NCBI RefSeq assembly: GCF_022045235.1
Contig: NW_027266330.1
Location: forward strand, 40,486,001-40,550,000
DNA from: Haliotis cracherodii
Taxonomy: Eukaryota
Reading direction: 5' to 3'
DNA: 64,000 bases
Every line of letters starts with the position of its first letter. Position 1 is the stretch's first letter. This document shows positions 50,924-62,599 of this stretch, in pieces. The notes below the pieces were generated by a model that made no database searches, was not told where the DNA came from, and saw only the letters and a program-made list of their open reading frames with translations. The position numbers and the translations under genes were made by a program.

Positions 50924-53900
50924 TCAGTAGTAGACTCCTGAGCGTGGTGGCACTATAGCACTCAGTAGTAGATTCCTGAGTGTGGTGGCACTACAGCACC
51001 CAGTAGTAGACCCCTGAGTGTGGTGGCACTACAGCACCAGTAGTAGATTCTTGAGTGTGGTGGCACTACAGCACCAGTAGTAGACCCCTGAGTGTGGTGG
51101 CACTACAGCACCCAGTAGAAGATTCTTGAGTGTGGTGACACTACAGCACCCAGTAGTAGATTCTTGAGTGTGGTGGCACTACAACACCCAGTAGTAGATT
51201 CCTGAGTGTGGTGGCACTACAGCACCCAGTAGTAGATTCTTGAGTGTGGTGGCACTACAGCACCCAGTAGTAGATTCCTGAGTGTGGTGGCACTACAGCA
51301 CCCAGTAGTAGATTCCTGAGTGTGGTGGCACTACAGCACCCAGTAGTAGATTCCTGAGTGTGGTGGCACTACAGCACTGTGGCGGCCAGTAGTAGACCCC
51401 TGAGTGTGGTGGCACTACAGCACCCAGTAGTAGATTCCTGAGTGTGGTGGCACTACAGCACCCAGTAGTAGATTCCTGAGTGTGGTGGCACTACAGCACC
51501 CAGTAGTAGATTCTTGAGTGTGGTGGCACTACAGCACTGTGGCAGCCAGTAGTAGATTCCTGAGTGTGGTGGCACTACAGCACCCAGTAGTAGATTCCTG
51601 AGTGTGGTGGCACTACAGCACCCAGTAGTAGATTCCTGAGTGTGGTGGCACTATAGCACTCAGTAGTAGATTCCTGAGTGTGGTGGCACTACAGCACCCA
51701 GTAGTAGATTCCTGAGTGTGGTGGCACTACAGCACCCAGTAGTAGATTCCTGAGTGTGGTGGCACTATAGCACTCAGTAGTAGATTCCTGAGTGTGGTGG
51801 CACTACAGCACCCAGTAGTAGATTCCTGAGTGTGGTGGCACTACAGCACCCAGTAGTAGACCCCTGAGTGTGGTGGCACTACAGCACCCAGTAGTAGATT
51901 CCTGAGTGTGGTGGCACTACAGCACCCAGTAGTAGATTCCTGAGTGTGGTGGCACTACAGCACCCAGTAGTAGATTCCTGAGTGTGGTGGCACTACAGCA
52001 CCCAGTAGTAGACCCCTGAGTGTGGTGGCACTACAGCACCCAGTAGTAGATTCCTGAGTGTGGTGGCACTACAGCACCCAGTAGTAGATTCTTGAGTGTG
52101 GTGGCACTACAGCACCCAGTAGTAGATTCCTGAGTGTGGTGGCACTACAACACCCAATAGTAGATTCTTGAGTGTGGTGGCACTACAGCACTGTGGCGGC
52201 CAGTAGTAGACCCCTGAGTGTGGTGGCACTACAACACTGTGGCGGCCAGTAGTAGACCCCTGAGTGTGGTGGCACTACAGCACCCAGTAGTAGATTCCTG
52301 AGTGTGGCGGCCAGTAGTAGATTCCTGAGTGTGGCGGCCAGTAGTAGACTCCTGAGTGTGGTGGCACTATAGCACTCAGTAGTAGATTCGTGAGTGTGGT
52401 GGCACTACAGCACCCAGTAGTAGCCCCCTGAGTGTGGTGGCACTACAGCACCCAGTAGTAGATTCCTGAGTGTGGTGGCACTACAACACCCAGTAGTAGA
52501 TTCCTGAGTGTGGTGGCACTACAGCACCCAGTAGTAGATTCCTGAGTGTGGTGGCACTACAACACCCAGTAGTAGATTCCTGAGTGTGGTGGCACTACAA
52601 CACCCAGTAGTAGATTCCTGAGTGTGGTGGCACTACAACACTGTGGCGGCCAGTAGTAGACCCCTGAGTGTGGTGGCACTACAACACCCAGCAGTAGATT
52701 CCTGAGTGTGGTGGCACTACAGCACCCAGTAGTAGATTCCTGAGCGTGGTGGCACTACAGCACCCAGTAGTAGACTCCTGAGTGTGGTGGCACTACAACA
52801 CCCAGTAGTAGATTCCTGAGTGTGGTGGCACTACAGCACCCAGTAGTAGATTCTTGAGTGTGGTGGCACTACAGCACCCAGTAGTAGATTCCTGCGTGTG
52901 GTGGCACTACAACACCCAGTAGTAGACCCCTGAGTGTGGTGGCACTACAACACCCAGTAGTAGACCCCTGAGTGTGGTGGCGCTACAGCACTGTGGCGGC
53001 CAGTAGTAGACCCCTGAGTGTGGTGGCACTACAACACTCAGTAGTAGATTCCTGAGTGTGGTGGCACTACAACACTCTGTAGTAGACCCCTGAGGGTGGT
53101 GGCACTACAACACCCAGTAGTAGATTCCTGAGTGTGGTGGCACTACAACACTCAGTAGTAGATTCCTGAGTGTGGTGGCACTACAACACCCAGTAGTAGA
53201 TTCCTGAGTGTGGTGGCACTACAGCACCCAGTAGTAGATTCCTGAGTGTGGTGGCACTACAACACTGTGGCGGCCAGTAGTAGACCCCTGAGTGTGGTGG
53301 CACTACAACACCCAGTAGTAGATTCCTGCGTGTGGTGGCACTACAGCACCCAGTAGTAGACCCCTGAGTGTGGTGGCACTACAGCACCCAGTAGTAGATT
53401 CCTGAGTGTGGTGGCACTACAGCACCCAGTAGTAGATTCCTGAGTGTGGTGGCACTACAGCACCAAGTAGTAGATTCCTGAGTGTGGTGGCACTACAGCA
53501 CCCAGTAGTAGACCCCTGAGTGTGGTGGCACTACAGCACCCAGTAGTAGATTCCTGAGTGTGGTGGCACTACAGCACCCAGTAGTAGATTCTTGAGTGTG
53601 GTGGCACTACAGCACCCAGTAGTAGATTCTTGAGTGTGGTGGCACTACAGCACTGTGGCGGCCAGTAGTAGACCCCTGAGTGTGGTGGCACTACAGCACT
53701 GTGGCGGCCAGTAGTAGACCCCTGAGTGTGGTGGCACTATAGCACTCAGTAGTAGATTCCTGAGCGCGGTGGCACTACAGCACCCAGTAGTAGACTCCTG
53801 AGTGTGGTGGCACTACAGCACCCAGTAGTAGACTCCTGAGTGTGGTGGCACTACAACACCCAGTAGTAGATTCCTGAGTGTGGTGGCACTACAGCAACCA

Positions 53901-55362
53901 GTAGTAGATTCTTGAGTGTGGTGGCACTACAGCACCCAGTAGTAGATTCCTGAGTGTGGTGGCACTACAACACTGTGGCGGCCAGTAGTAGACCCCTGAG
54001 TGTGGTGGCACTACAACACCCAGTAGTAGATTCCTGAGTGTGGTGGCACTACAACACCCAGTAGTAGATTCCTGAGTGTGGTGGCACTACAGCACCCAGT
54101 AGTAGATTCCTGAGTGTGGTGGCACTACAGCACCCAGTAGTAGATTCCTGAGTGTGGTGGCACTACAGCACCCAGTAGTAGATTCTTGAGTGTGGTGGCA
54201 CTACAGCACCCAGTAGTAGATTCCTGAGGATGGTGGCACTACAACACCCAGTAGTAGATTCCTGAGTGTGGTGGCACTACAACACTCAGTAGTAGATTCC
54301 TGAGTGTGGTGGCACTACAACACCCAGTAGTAGATTCCTGAGTGTGGTGGCACTACAGCACCCAGTAGTAGATTCCTGCGTGTGGTGGCACTACAGCACC
54401 CAGTAGTAGACCCCTGCGTGTGGTGGCACTACAACACCCAGTAGTAGACCCCTGAGTGTGGTGGCGCTACAGCACTGTGGCGGCCAGTAGTAGACCCCTG
54501 AGTGTGGTGGCACTACAACACTCAGTAGTAGACCCCTGAGTGTGGTGGCACTACAACACCCAGTAGTAGATTCCTGAGTGTGGTGGCACTACAACACTCA
54601 GTAGTAGACCCCTGAGGGTGGTGGCACTACAGCACCCAGTAGTAGACCCCTGAGGATGGTGGCACTACAACACCCAGTAGTAGACCCCTGAGTGTGGTGG
54701 CGCTACAGCACTGTGGCGGCCAGTAGTAGATTCCTTAGTATGGTGGCGCTACAGCACTGTGGCGGCCAGTAGAAGACCCCTGAGTGTGGTGGCACTATAA
54801 CACCCAGTAGTAGACTCCTGAGTGTGGTGGCACTACAACACCCAGTAGTAGATTCCTGAGTGTGGTGGCACTACAACACTCAGTAGTAGATTCCTGAGTG
54901 TGGTGGCACTACAACACCCAGTAGTAGATTCCTGAGTGTGGTGGCGCTACAGCACCCAGTAGTAGACCCCTGAGTGTGGTGGCACTACAACACCCAGTAG
55001 TAGATTCCTGAGTGTGGTGGCACTACAACACTCAGTAGTAGATTCCTGAGTGTGGTGGCACTACAACACCCAGTAGTAGACTCCTGAGTGTGGTGGCGCT
55101 ACAGCACCCAGTAGTAGACCCCTGAGTGTGGTGGCACTACAACACCCAGTAGTAGATTCCTGAGTGTGGTGGCACTACAACACCCAGTAGTAGACCCCTG
55201 AGTGTGGTGGCACTACAACACTGTGGCGGCCAGTAGTAGACCCCTGAGGGTGGTGGCACTACAGCACCCAGTAGTAGACCCCTGAGTGTGGTGGCACTAC
55301 AACACCATGGCGGCCAGTAGTAGACCCCTGAGGGTGGTGGCACTACAGCACTATGGCGGCCA
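50924..55362. repeat. 38-bp minisatellite with a longer ctgtggcggc variant, >100 copies
   Basis: Unit cagtagtagattcctgagtgtggtggcactacagcacc. Confidence 0.97.
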
Positions 55363-55814
55363 GGAGTACGCCCGAGGGCCATCGCGGATGCTATCAACTC
55401 CATCACATGTAGGACGTGATACCAACAAACTGACACTAATGCCGAGAAAACTTGAATAGAGTAATAGGGCTGCAATACATGAACGCATGAAAGGATAGGC
55501 CTGGCATCATAAAGGGCAATGCATTTACCATGCTGTCAATATCAACCTTTTATCTTAAATTAGTTGAAACACATTATTTGATAGAAGATATCTCTCGTCG
55601 CCGTACTGACATCAAATTTGCACTGAAATTGAAATATATTTATCATGTCGCAATGACCTACAGTCGCTGTAATATGACACAAGGACGTTGGCCATGCAGT
55701 GTGCAATGTTGCAGATACCTATCAAGTCGGTTGAAGTGTACGTAACAGTTGCAGAAGCATCTGCACTAGACAACACCATAAGGTTAACTGAACTCGTGGG
55801 AAATGGCGTTCTTG

Positions 55815-58800
55815 TCTCTGCAACCTTCCTTCGCTACGTCTATATAAAGGTCTCTGCTCCCTTCTTCCAAAACTACGTCTTTAAAGGTCTGTCTGCAACC
55901 ATCCTCCGCCACTCATACGTCTACAAAGGCCTGTCTGCAACCTTTCTCCCAAACTTCGTCTATAAAGGCCTGTCTGCAACCTTCCTCCCAAACTTTGTCT
56001 ATAAAGGCCTGTCTGCAACCCTCCTCCCAAACTTTGTCTATAAAGGCCTGTCTGCAACCTTCCTCCCAAACTTTGTCTATAAAGGCCTGTCTGCAACCTT
56101 CCTCCCAAACTTTGTCTATAAAGGCCTGTCTGCAACCTTCCTCCCAAACTTTGTCTATAAAGGCCTGTCTGCAACCTTCCTCCCAAACTTCGTCTACAAA
56201 GGCCTGTCTGCTTCCTTCCTCCCAAACTTCGTCTATAAAGGCCTGTCTGCTTCCTTCCTCCACAACTACGTCTATAAAGGCCTGTCTGCAACCTTCCTCC
56301 CAAACTTCGTCTATAGAGGCCTGTCTGCAACCTTCCTCCCAAACTTCGTCTACAAAGGCCTGTCTGCTTCCTTCCTCCACAACTACGTCTATAAAATCAG
56401 TCTGCTTCCTTCCTCCCAAACTTCGTCTATAAAGGCCTGTCTTCAACCTTCCTCCCAAACTTCGTCTACAAAGGCCTGTCTGCTTCCTTCCTCCACAACT
56501 ACGTCTATAAAATCAGTCTGCTTCCTTCCTCCCAAACTTCGTCTATAAAGGCCTGTCTGCAACCTTTCTCCCAAACTTCGTCTACAAAGGCCTGTCTGCT
56601 TCCTTCCTCCACAACTACGTCTATAAAATCAGTCTGCTTCCTTCCTCCCAAACTTCGTCTATAAAGGCCTGTCTGCAACCTTCCTCCCAAACTTCGTCTA
56701 CAAAGGCCTGTCTGCTTCCTTCCTCCACAACTACGTCTATAAAATCAGTCTGCTTCCTTCCTCCTAAACTTCGTCTATAAAGGTCTGTCTGCTTCCTTCC
56801 TCCCAAACTTCGTCTACAAAGGCCTGTCTGCTTCCTTCCTCCAAAACTTCGTCTACAAAGGCCTGTCTGCTTCCTTCCTCCCAAACTTCGTCTACAAAGG
56901 CCCGTCTGCAACCTTCCTCCCAAACTTCGTCTATAAAGGCCTGTCTGCTTCCTTCCTCCACAACTTCGTCTATAAAGGCCTGTCTGCTTCCTTCCTCCCA
57001 AACTTCGTCTATAAAGGCCTGTCTGCTTCCTTCCTCCACAACTACGTCTACAAAGGTCTGTCTGCTTCCTTCCTCCCAAACTTCGTCTACAAAGGCCTGT
57101 CTGCTTCCTTCCTCCCAAACTTCGTCTACAAAGGTCTGTCTGCCTCCTTCCTCCCAGACTTCGTCTATAAAGGCCTGTCTGCAACCTTCCTCCCAAACTT
57201 CGTCTATAAAGGCCTGCCTGCAACCTTCCTCCCAAACTTCGTCTATAGAGGCCTGTGTGCAACCTTCCTCCCAAACTTCGTCTACAAAGGCATGTCTGCT
57301 TCCTTCCTCCACAACTACGTCTATAAAGATCTGTCTGCTTCCTTCCTCCCAAACTTCGTCTATAAAGGCCTGTCTGCAACCTTCCTCCCAAACTTCGTCT
57401 ACAAAGGCCTGTCTGCTTCCTTCCTCCACAACTACGTCTATAAAGGTCTGTCTGCTTCATTCCTCCCCAACTTCGTCTATAAAGGTCTTTCGGCTTCCTT
57501 CCTCCCAAACTTCGTCTATAAAGGTCTATCTGCAACCTTCCTCCCAAACTTCGTCTATAAAGGTCTTTCGGCTTCCTTCCTCCCAAACTTCGTCTATAAA
57601 GGTCTGTCTGCTTCCTTCCTCCCAAACTTCGTCTATAAAGGCCTGTCTGCAACCTTCCTCCCAAACTTCGTCTATAAAGGTCTGTCTGCAACCTTCCTCC
57701 CAAACCTTCGTCTACAAAGGCCTGTCTGCTTCCTCCCTCCACAACTACGTCTACAAAGGTCTGTCTGCTTCCTTCCTCCCAAACTTCGTCTATAAAGGCC
57801 TGTCTGCAACCTTCTTCCCAAACTTCGTCTATAAATGCCTGTCTGCAACCTTCTTCCCAAACTTCGTCTACAAAGGCCTGTCTGCTTCCTTCCTCCACAA
57901 CTACGTCTATAAAGGTCTGTCTGCTTCCTTCCTCCCAAACTTCGTCTATAAAGGTCTGTCTGCTTCCTTCCTTCCCAAACTTCGTCTACAAAGGCCTGTC
58001 TGCTTCCTTCCTCCACAACTACGTCTATAAAAGTCTGTCTGCTTCCTTCCTCCCAAACTACGTCTATAAAGGCCTGTCTGCAACCTTCCTCCAAAACTTC
58101 GTCTACAAAGGCCTGTCTGCTTCCTTCCTCCACAACTACGTCTATAAAATCAGTCTGCTTCATTCCTCCCAACTCCCACGTCTACAAAGGTCTGTCTGCT
58201 TCATTCCTCCCCAACTCCTACGTCTATAAAGGTCTGTTTGCATCCTTTCTCCACAACTCCTACGACTATAAAGGTCTGTCTGCATCCTTTCTCCACAACT
58301 CTTACGTCTATAAAGGTCTGTCTGCATCCTTTCTCCACAACTCCTACGACTATAAAGGTCTGTCTGCATCCTTTCTCCACAACTCCTACGACTGTAAAGG
58401 TCTGTCTGCATCCTTTCTCCACAACTCCTACGTCTATAAAGGTCAGTCTGCATCCTTTCTCCACAACTCCTACGACTATAAAGGTCTGTCTGCATCCCTT
58501 CTCCACAACTCCTACATCTATAAAGGTCAGTCTGCATCCTTTCTCCACAACTACGCCTATAAAGGTCAGTCTGCATCCTTTCTCCACAACTCCTACGTCT
58601 ATAAAGGTCAGTCTGCATCCTTTCTCCACAACTCCTACGTCTATAAAGGTCAGTCTGCATCCTTTCTCCACAACTCCTACGTCTATTAAGGTCTGTCTGC
58701 ATCCTTTCTCCACAACTCCTACGTCTATAAAGGTCTTTCTGCATCCTTTCTCCACAACTCCTACGTCTATAAAGGTCTGTCTGCATCCTTTCTCCACAAC

Positions 58801-58822
58801 TCCTACGTCTACAAAGGTCTGT
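55815..58822. repeat. 39-bp minisatellite switching to a 42-bp variant at ~58160
   Basis: aaaggcctgtctgcaaccttcctcccaaacttcgtctat, then aaaggtctgtctgcatcctttctccacaactcctacgtctat. Confidence 0.96.
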
Positions 58823-59423
58823 CCCGCTGGTATATACAGCACCCGCTGGTAACGAGGCACCCCTCCCTAGCTTCCTCCACACCATGTCACGACGCCATAA
58901 CCAGGTCGCCAGATGGCGTTGACAGTGTAATGGTTCCAGCTGTAGGCGGCGATCAGAGAACATGACCCCCTTCTGGCAGGTAACGTTTACCCACATATTT
59001 CTTATGTAACCACACACTGCTACAACGCCAGCGATCCACACAAACTTTCAAGGCAAGTCCTTGTTAACAGCAATGACGCATGACGCCGAGACGAATATTT
59101 AGTCTCGCAATTGAAAAGATTTAGGAACTTTTTGTTAGATTTTAATATATATTAGAAAGAAGGATCCCAAGGACTCTAAAAACATATGTAACCACCAGAA
59201 ATAACGTTGGAGAAGTGTGTGTCCACGTTATTGTAGGGTGACAGCCTCAGATTTTTTTTTAATTGCCCCAGAGGACTGGTGGGTCACAGTAGGTCACGGG
59301 GTTGGGTGAGAAGGGTGGGATCAGGTGGTTTGTGAAGTAGAAGTAGAGTGAGATCAATACAGTTTGGTGGAAATGTGTACTGGGTCGGCCCAACAAGAGC
59401 AGGCCGTCGGGTTACATGGGTGC

Positions 59424-59599
59424 TAGTCCTGCACCATGACTGTGGAATATATTTATTTTATGAAAAACAGTCTAGCCAGCTCTAGCTAGCTCTATTCCAC
59501 ATATGAAATCAGCATAGGGAATTTTTTAATTTTATTTTATTTTTAGAGTCAAGAAGGATATTGTGTAATATAAGATTTCATAGACTAAATGTTAGTCTA
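59424..59599 (-). repeat. Inverted partial copy of the 436-bp duplicated unit (dispersed repeat)
   Basis: Reverse complement of ~42745-42935: gtcctgcaccatgac.gtggaatatatttattttatgaaaaa...ctctattccacat...tttagagtcaagaaggatattgtgtaatataa...tgttagtcta. Confidence 0.88.
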
Positions 59600-60358
59600 C
59601 ATGGGTGCAGGCGAGGCTGGGTAGAACAAGCTGTCTGCGTTAACCCGTTTCCCCTGGGGACCTCCGCCAGGAGAAGATAGCCCCGTGCACGTGCTGCTAC
59701 CTCTCGGTACACACCAGGCCGTGGCCCCGTTGTTCTCTGGGTCACGGAGTTCAACATGTAATTTCCTTGATGGGTTATGACTTATGAATGACATGTTCAA
59801 GTGGCGGCCATGTATCACAAACACACCGTAATGCTTGCTGAATGTGTTGGTCGATCAAGGACTCCCGAGGGATAGAGACGTGCACACATCACAAATACCA
59901 TGAAAATAACACGTTCAAATCAAACCAATACGGTAAAACATATCGACTGCAGTCCATCGCGGCAGGTGGTGATGATGGTATAACTGCGTGATACACGAGA
60001 TCAACCTACGAGCAAATAAATGTGAAACATTTTCCAGATTGTGATATAGCGTGTCAGACAAGCGACGCCTGTACTGACAACACTCGGCCATCTGTCTGCC
60101 TGTGTGAAGGAGCGTGTTGCGTTGTATACATTATGATATCTTTTATTACATAACTAATCCATTTGTGTTATCTTAAAATCGAGGTGTTGACAGTAATATA
60201 GGTACATTATTTATTCATATAAAAAATGTATCTATGCCATCTCACCATGAGGTTTGTTATGTCAATAAATATAATTATGCTTACATTGAATAAACCGATA
60301 CGGTGCCAGGTGCCCAGGATGGGAGCATGCACACGAGGTCTATTGTTAATTTAGAATG

Positions 60359-60624
60359 TTTTGTTTGTTTATTGTTTAACGCCGCACTCAGCAATATTCC
60401 AGCTATATGACCGCGGTCTGTAAAGAATCGAGTCTGGGCCAGACAATCCAGTGATTGACATCGTGAGCATAGATCTACACAATTGGGATACGATGGCATG
60501 CATCAACCTGGTCAGCGAGCCTGACCACCCGATCCCGTTAATCGGCTCTTACGACAAGCATAGTCGCCTTTTAGGGCAAGCATGGGTTGCTGAAGACCTA
60601 CTCTTCCCCGGATCTCCACGGGTC
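60359..60624 (-). mobile_element. Apparently full-length SINE-like retroposon without a tRNA head (5' GACCCGTG), with (AAAC)n tail
   Basis: 12-bp TSD TAATTTAGAATG at 60347-60358 and 60625-60636. The 3' tail GCTGGAATATTGCTGAGTGCGGCGTTAAAC resembles the tRNA-SINE tail. Further copies at 26228 and 50046. Confidence 0.88.
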
Positions 60625-62599
60625 TAATTTAGAATGAGATATGATATATTGATATTACCAAGACGATGTTTAGATGTAACAGAAATATACTTTCAAACAA
60701 AACCCGATGCTTTCATATAACTATAGTTAATGGGATCGGGTGTTATTTAACTTCTTTCGAGTAGTATATATTTCACTATATTTATATGATCGGAGCTGAA
60801 TGTTTCTAAACAAAGGTCTGCCACATAGTAATAACCCTATCACCCTCTTACTTGAGACAACTACTTACACAACTCCTGCAACCTGGGTCTTGGACGCTTA
60901 TACACTCTACATCTCGGAGACTATGTCGTTAATTGCTGTGGCATCTACGAATAATCCCAACTTCACAGTGATTTTATTCCAATAAGGGCCAATAAATGAC
61001 TTATTGATGTCATCAATTAAAATAAATGATGATACGTGGTATATTTGCATGACTTGGGTACATTGGTAATAAGGCATTAAGATACATTGTAATTACATTT
61101 TAATTTTAATGATACTTTAAGTTAGTCTATCTATGACTGCAAAACAATAAAATCAATACGTCATATATATACAAGTAAATAATCTATGTTGGAATACCGA
61201 CCCCACAGAACGACCGCCTGGGAAATGTCCTCATGGAATATTAACTCGTCATATGCCCTGTGTTGGTATTGCAACATTGTGGGACGACGGTGACTTGATA
61301 CATTCTGACGACGGTGAATATATAAACAAATGTGACATGGAAACAATTCACCTCAGTCTGTTATGCCCGACTTATGACTTTCAAAACACTAGAAACTGTA
61401 CACAGCCTGAGGCCAAACGACTTACCCAATACCCCAGGGTAGGCCTTAAAGAGTCGCGTTGGCCACGTGTGTGTGTGTTTTGTCATCACGACTTGGTAAT
61501 AATGGTAATAATTACTTCTAGTAACACTCATCCCGACTGGACCACAGTTTCTTGTGACGTGACCTGGTATGGCTTAATGTCATGGACGAATACACTGAAA
61601 GCCACCAGAGCGTGTCGCGCAATCGTGTCACATATGGCAGGCAGGTATTACGAAAGTAGGTCAACATGTGCTTAATTTGTCTTGGTTTGGTTGGTCGGGA
61701 CAAAGATGAAACAAAGCTGACATTTGAATACGGCGCATGTTCAGCTGCGATGTAATGTTGCATAATTCTGTTTGCGGAGCTGGTTATATGTACCGCTGGG
61801 AATTACACAACACAATGGTACACCTGGCTCGCAAACACGTGGCACCTAACATTGCATTCGCAGCGCGAGGTGCTGGTCACAATATCAGTGTTGTCACGAA
61901 CCACGCTCCCCTGGTCTGGTTTCACAGAGACACAACACTATAATACCAAGTTCCACAAAGGCTGTCATTGATAATAAATCAGAACTGAAAAAACATAAAC
62001 ATTCACACGCCATATAATTTTATCAGACTTATTATTGTTCCATTTAAAAATATCCTCGGAGACAGAAGTCTACATCTAGGTATGTAAGCAACTGTTCAGG
62101 CTGTGGAATAATTTACTCGTGGGTAGAAGGTTTTCTTGTGAGGGTTTCACAAACCTGCTGAAAATATGTAGTAAAAGTTGATATGATACACAATAGTTTC
62201 GCCTCGCAGCCCATGTTTTGAACACGTAGTGCAGTCTAGGTTCACACAAGGACGTAGCTTGTACTCACGTTTAATGCCCTTACATGTCTCGACGAAGCTC
62301 GGCTTGTTCGGAGGACTCCAGTGGTCGCAAGGTACTGCGGGTCAAGTTGCTAATTATTGGACACAACTGATAACCGATCGCTCCTAACTCGCGCGGATGT
62401 CATTCAAGGAACATCATGGCGGAACGCTCATGAATAATTATCAGCCAGCCCCGTGGTTTGTCTCTATGTACATCTAGGTCACAGCTAAAAATATCAATAT
62501 TTACTTGGCACATCCCAGGGTTAAGAGCGACGGAGTTGCTTCCCTTGGCATCGAGTTTGCAGAAATATCATGACCTGTTGCGCCTCATGATCTGTTACC

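Noticed and set aside
50188-55362. CRISPR-like appearance of 28-40 bp repeats with small internal palindromes
   Set aside because: The units are head-to-tail with no unique spacers, there are no cas genes, and the context is eukaryotic.
55688-59041. Multiple 150-425 aa ORFs on both strands
   Set aside because: These are translations of the 39/42-bp array, open in many frames and interrupted by frameshifting monomers.
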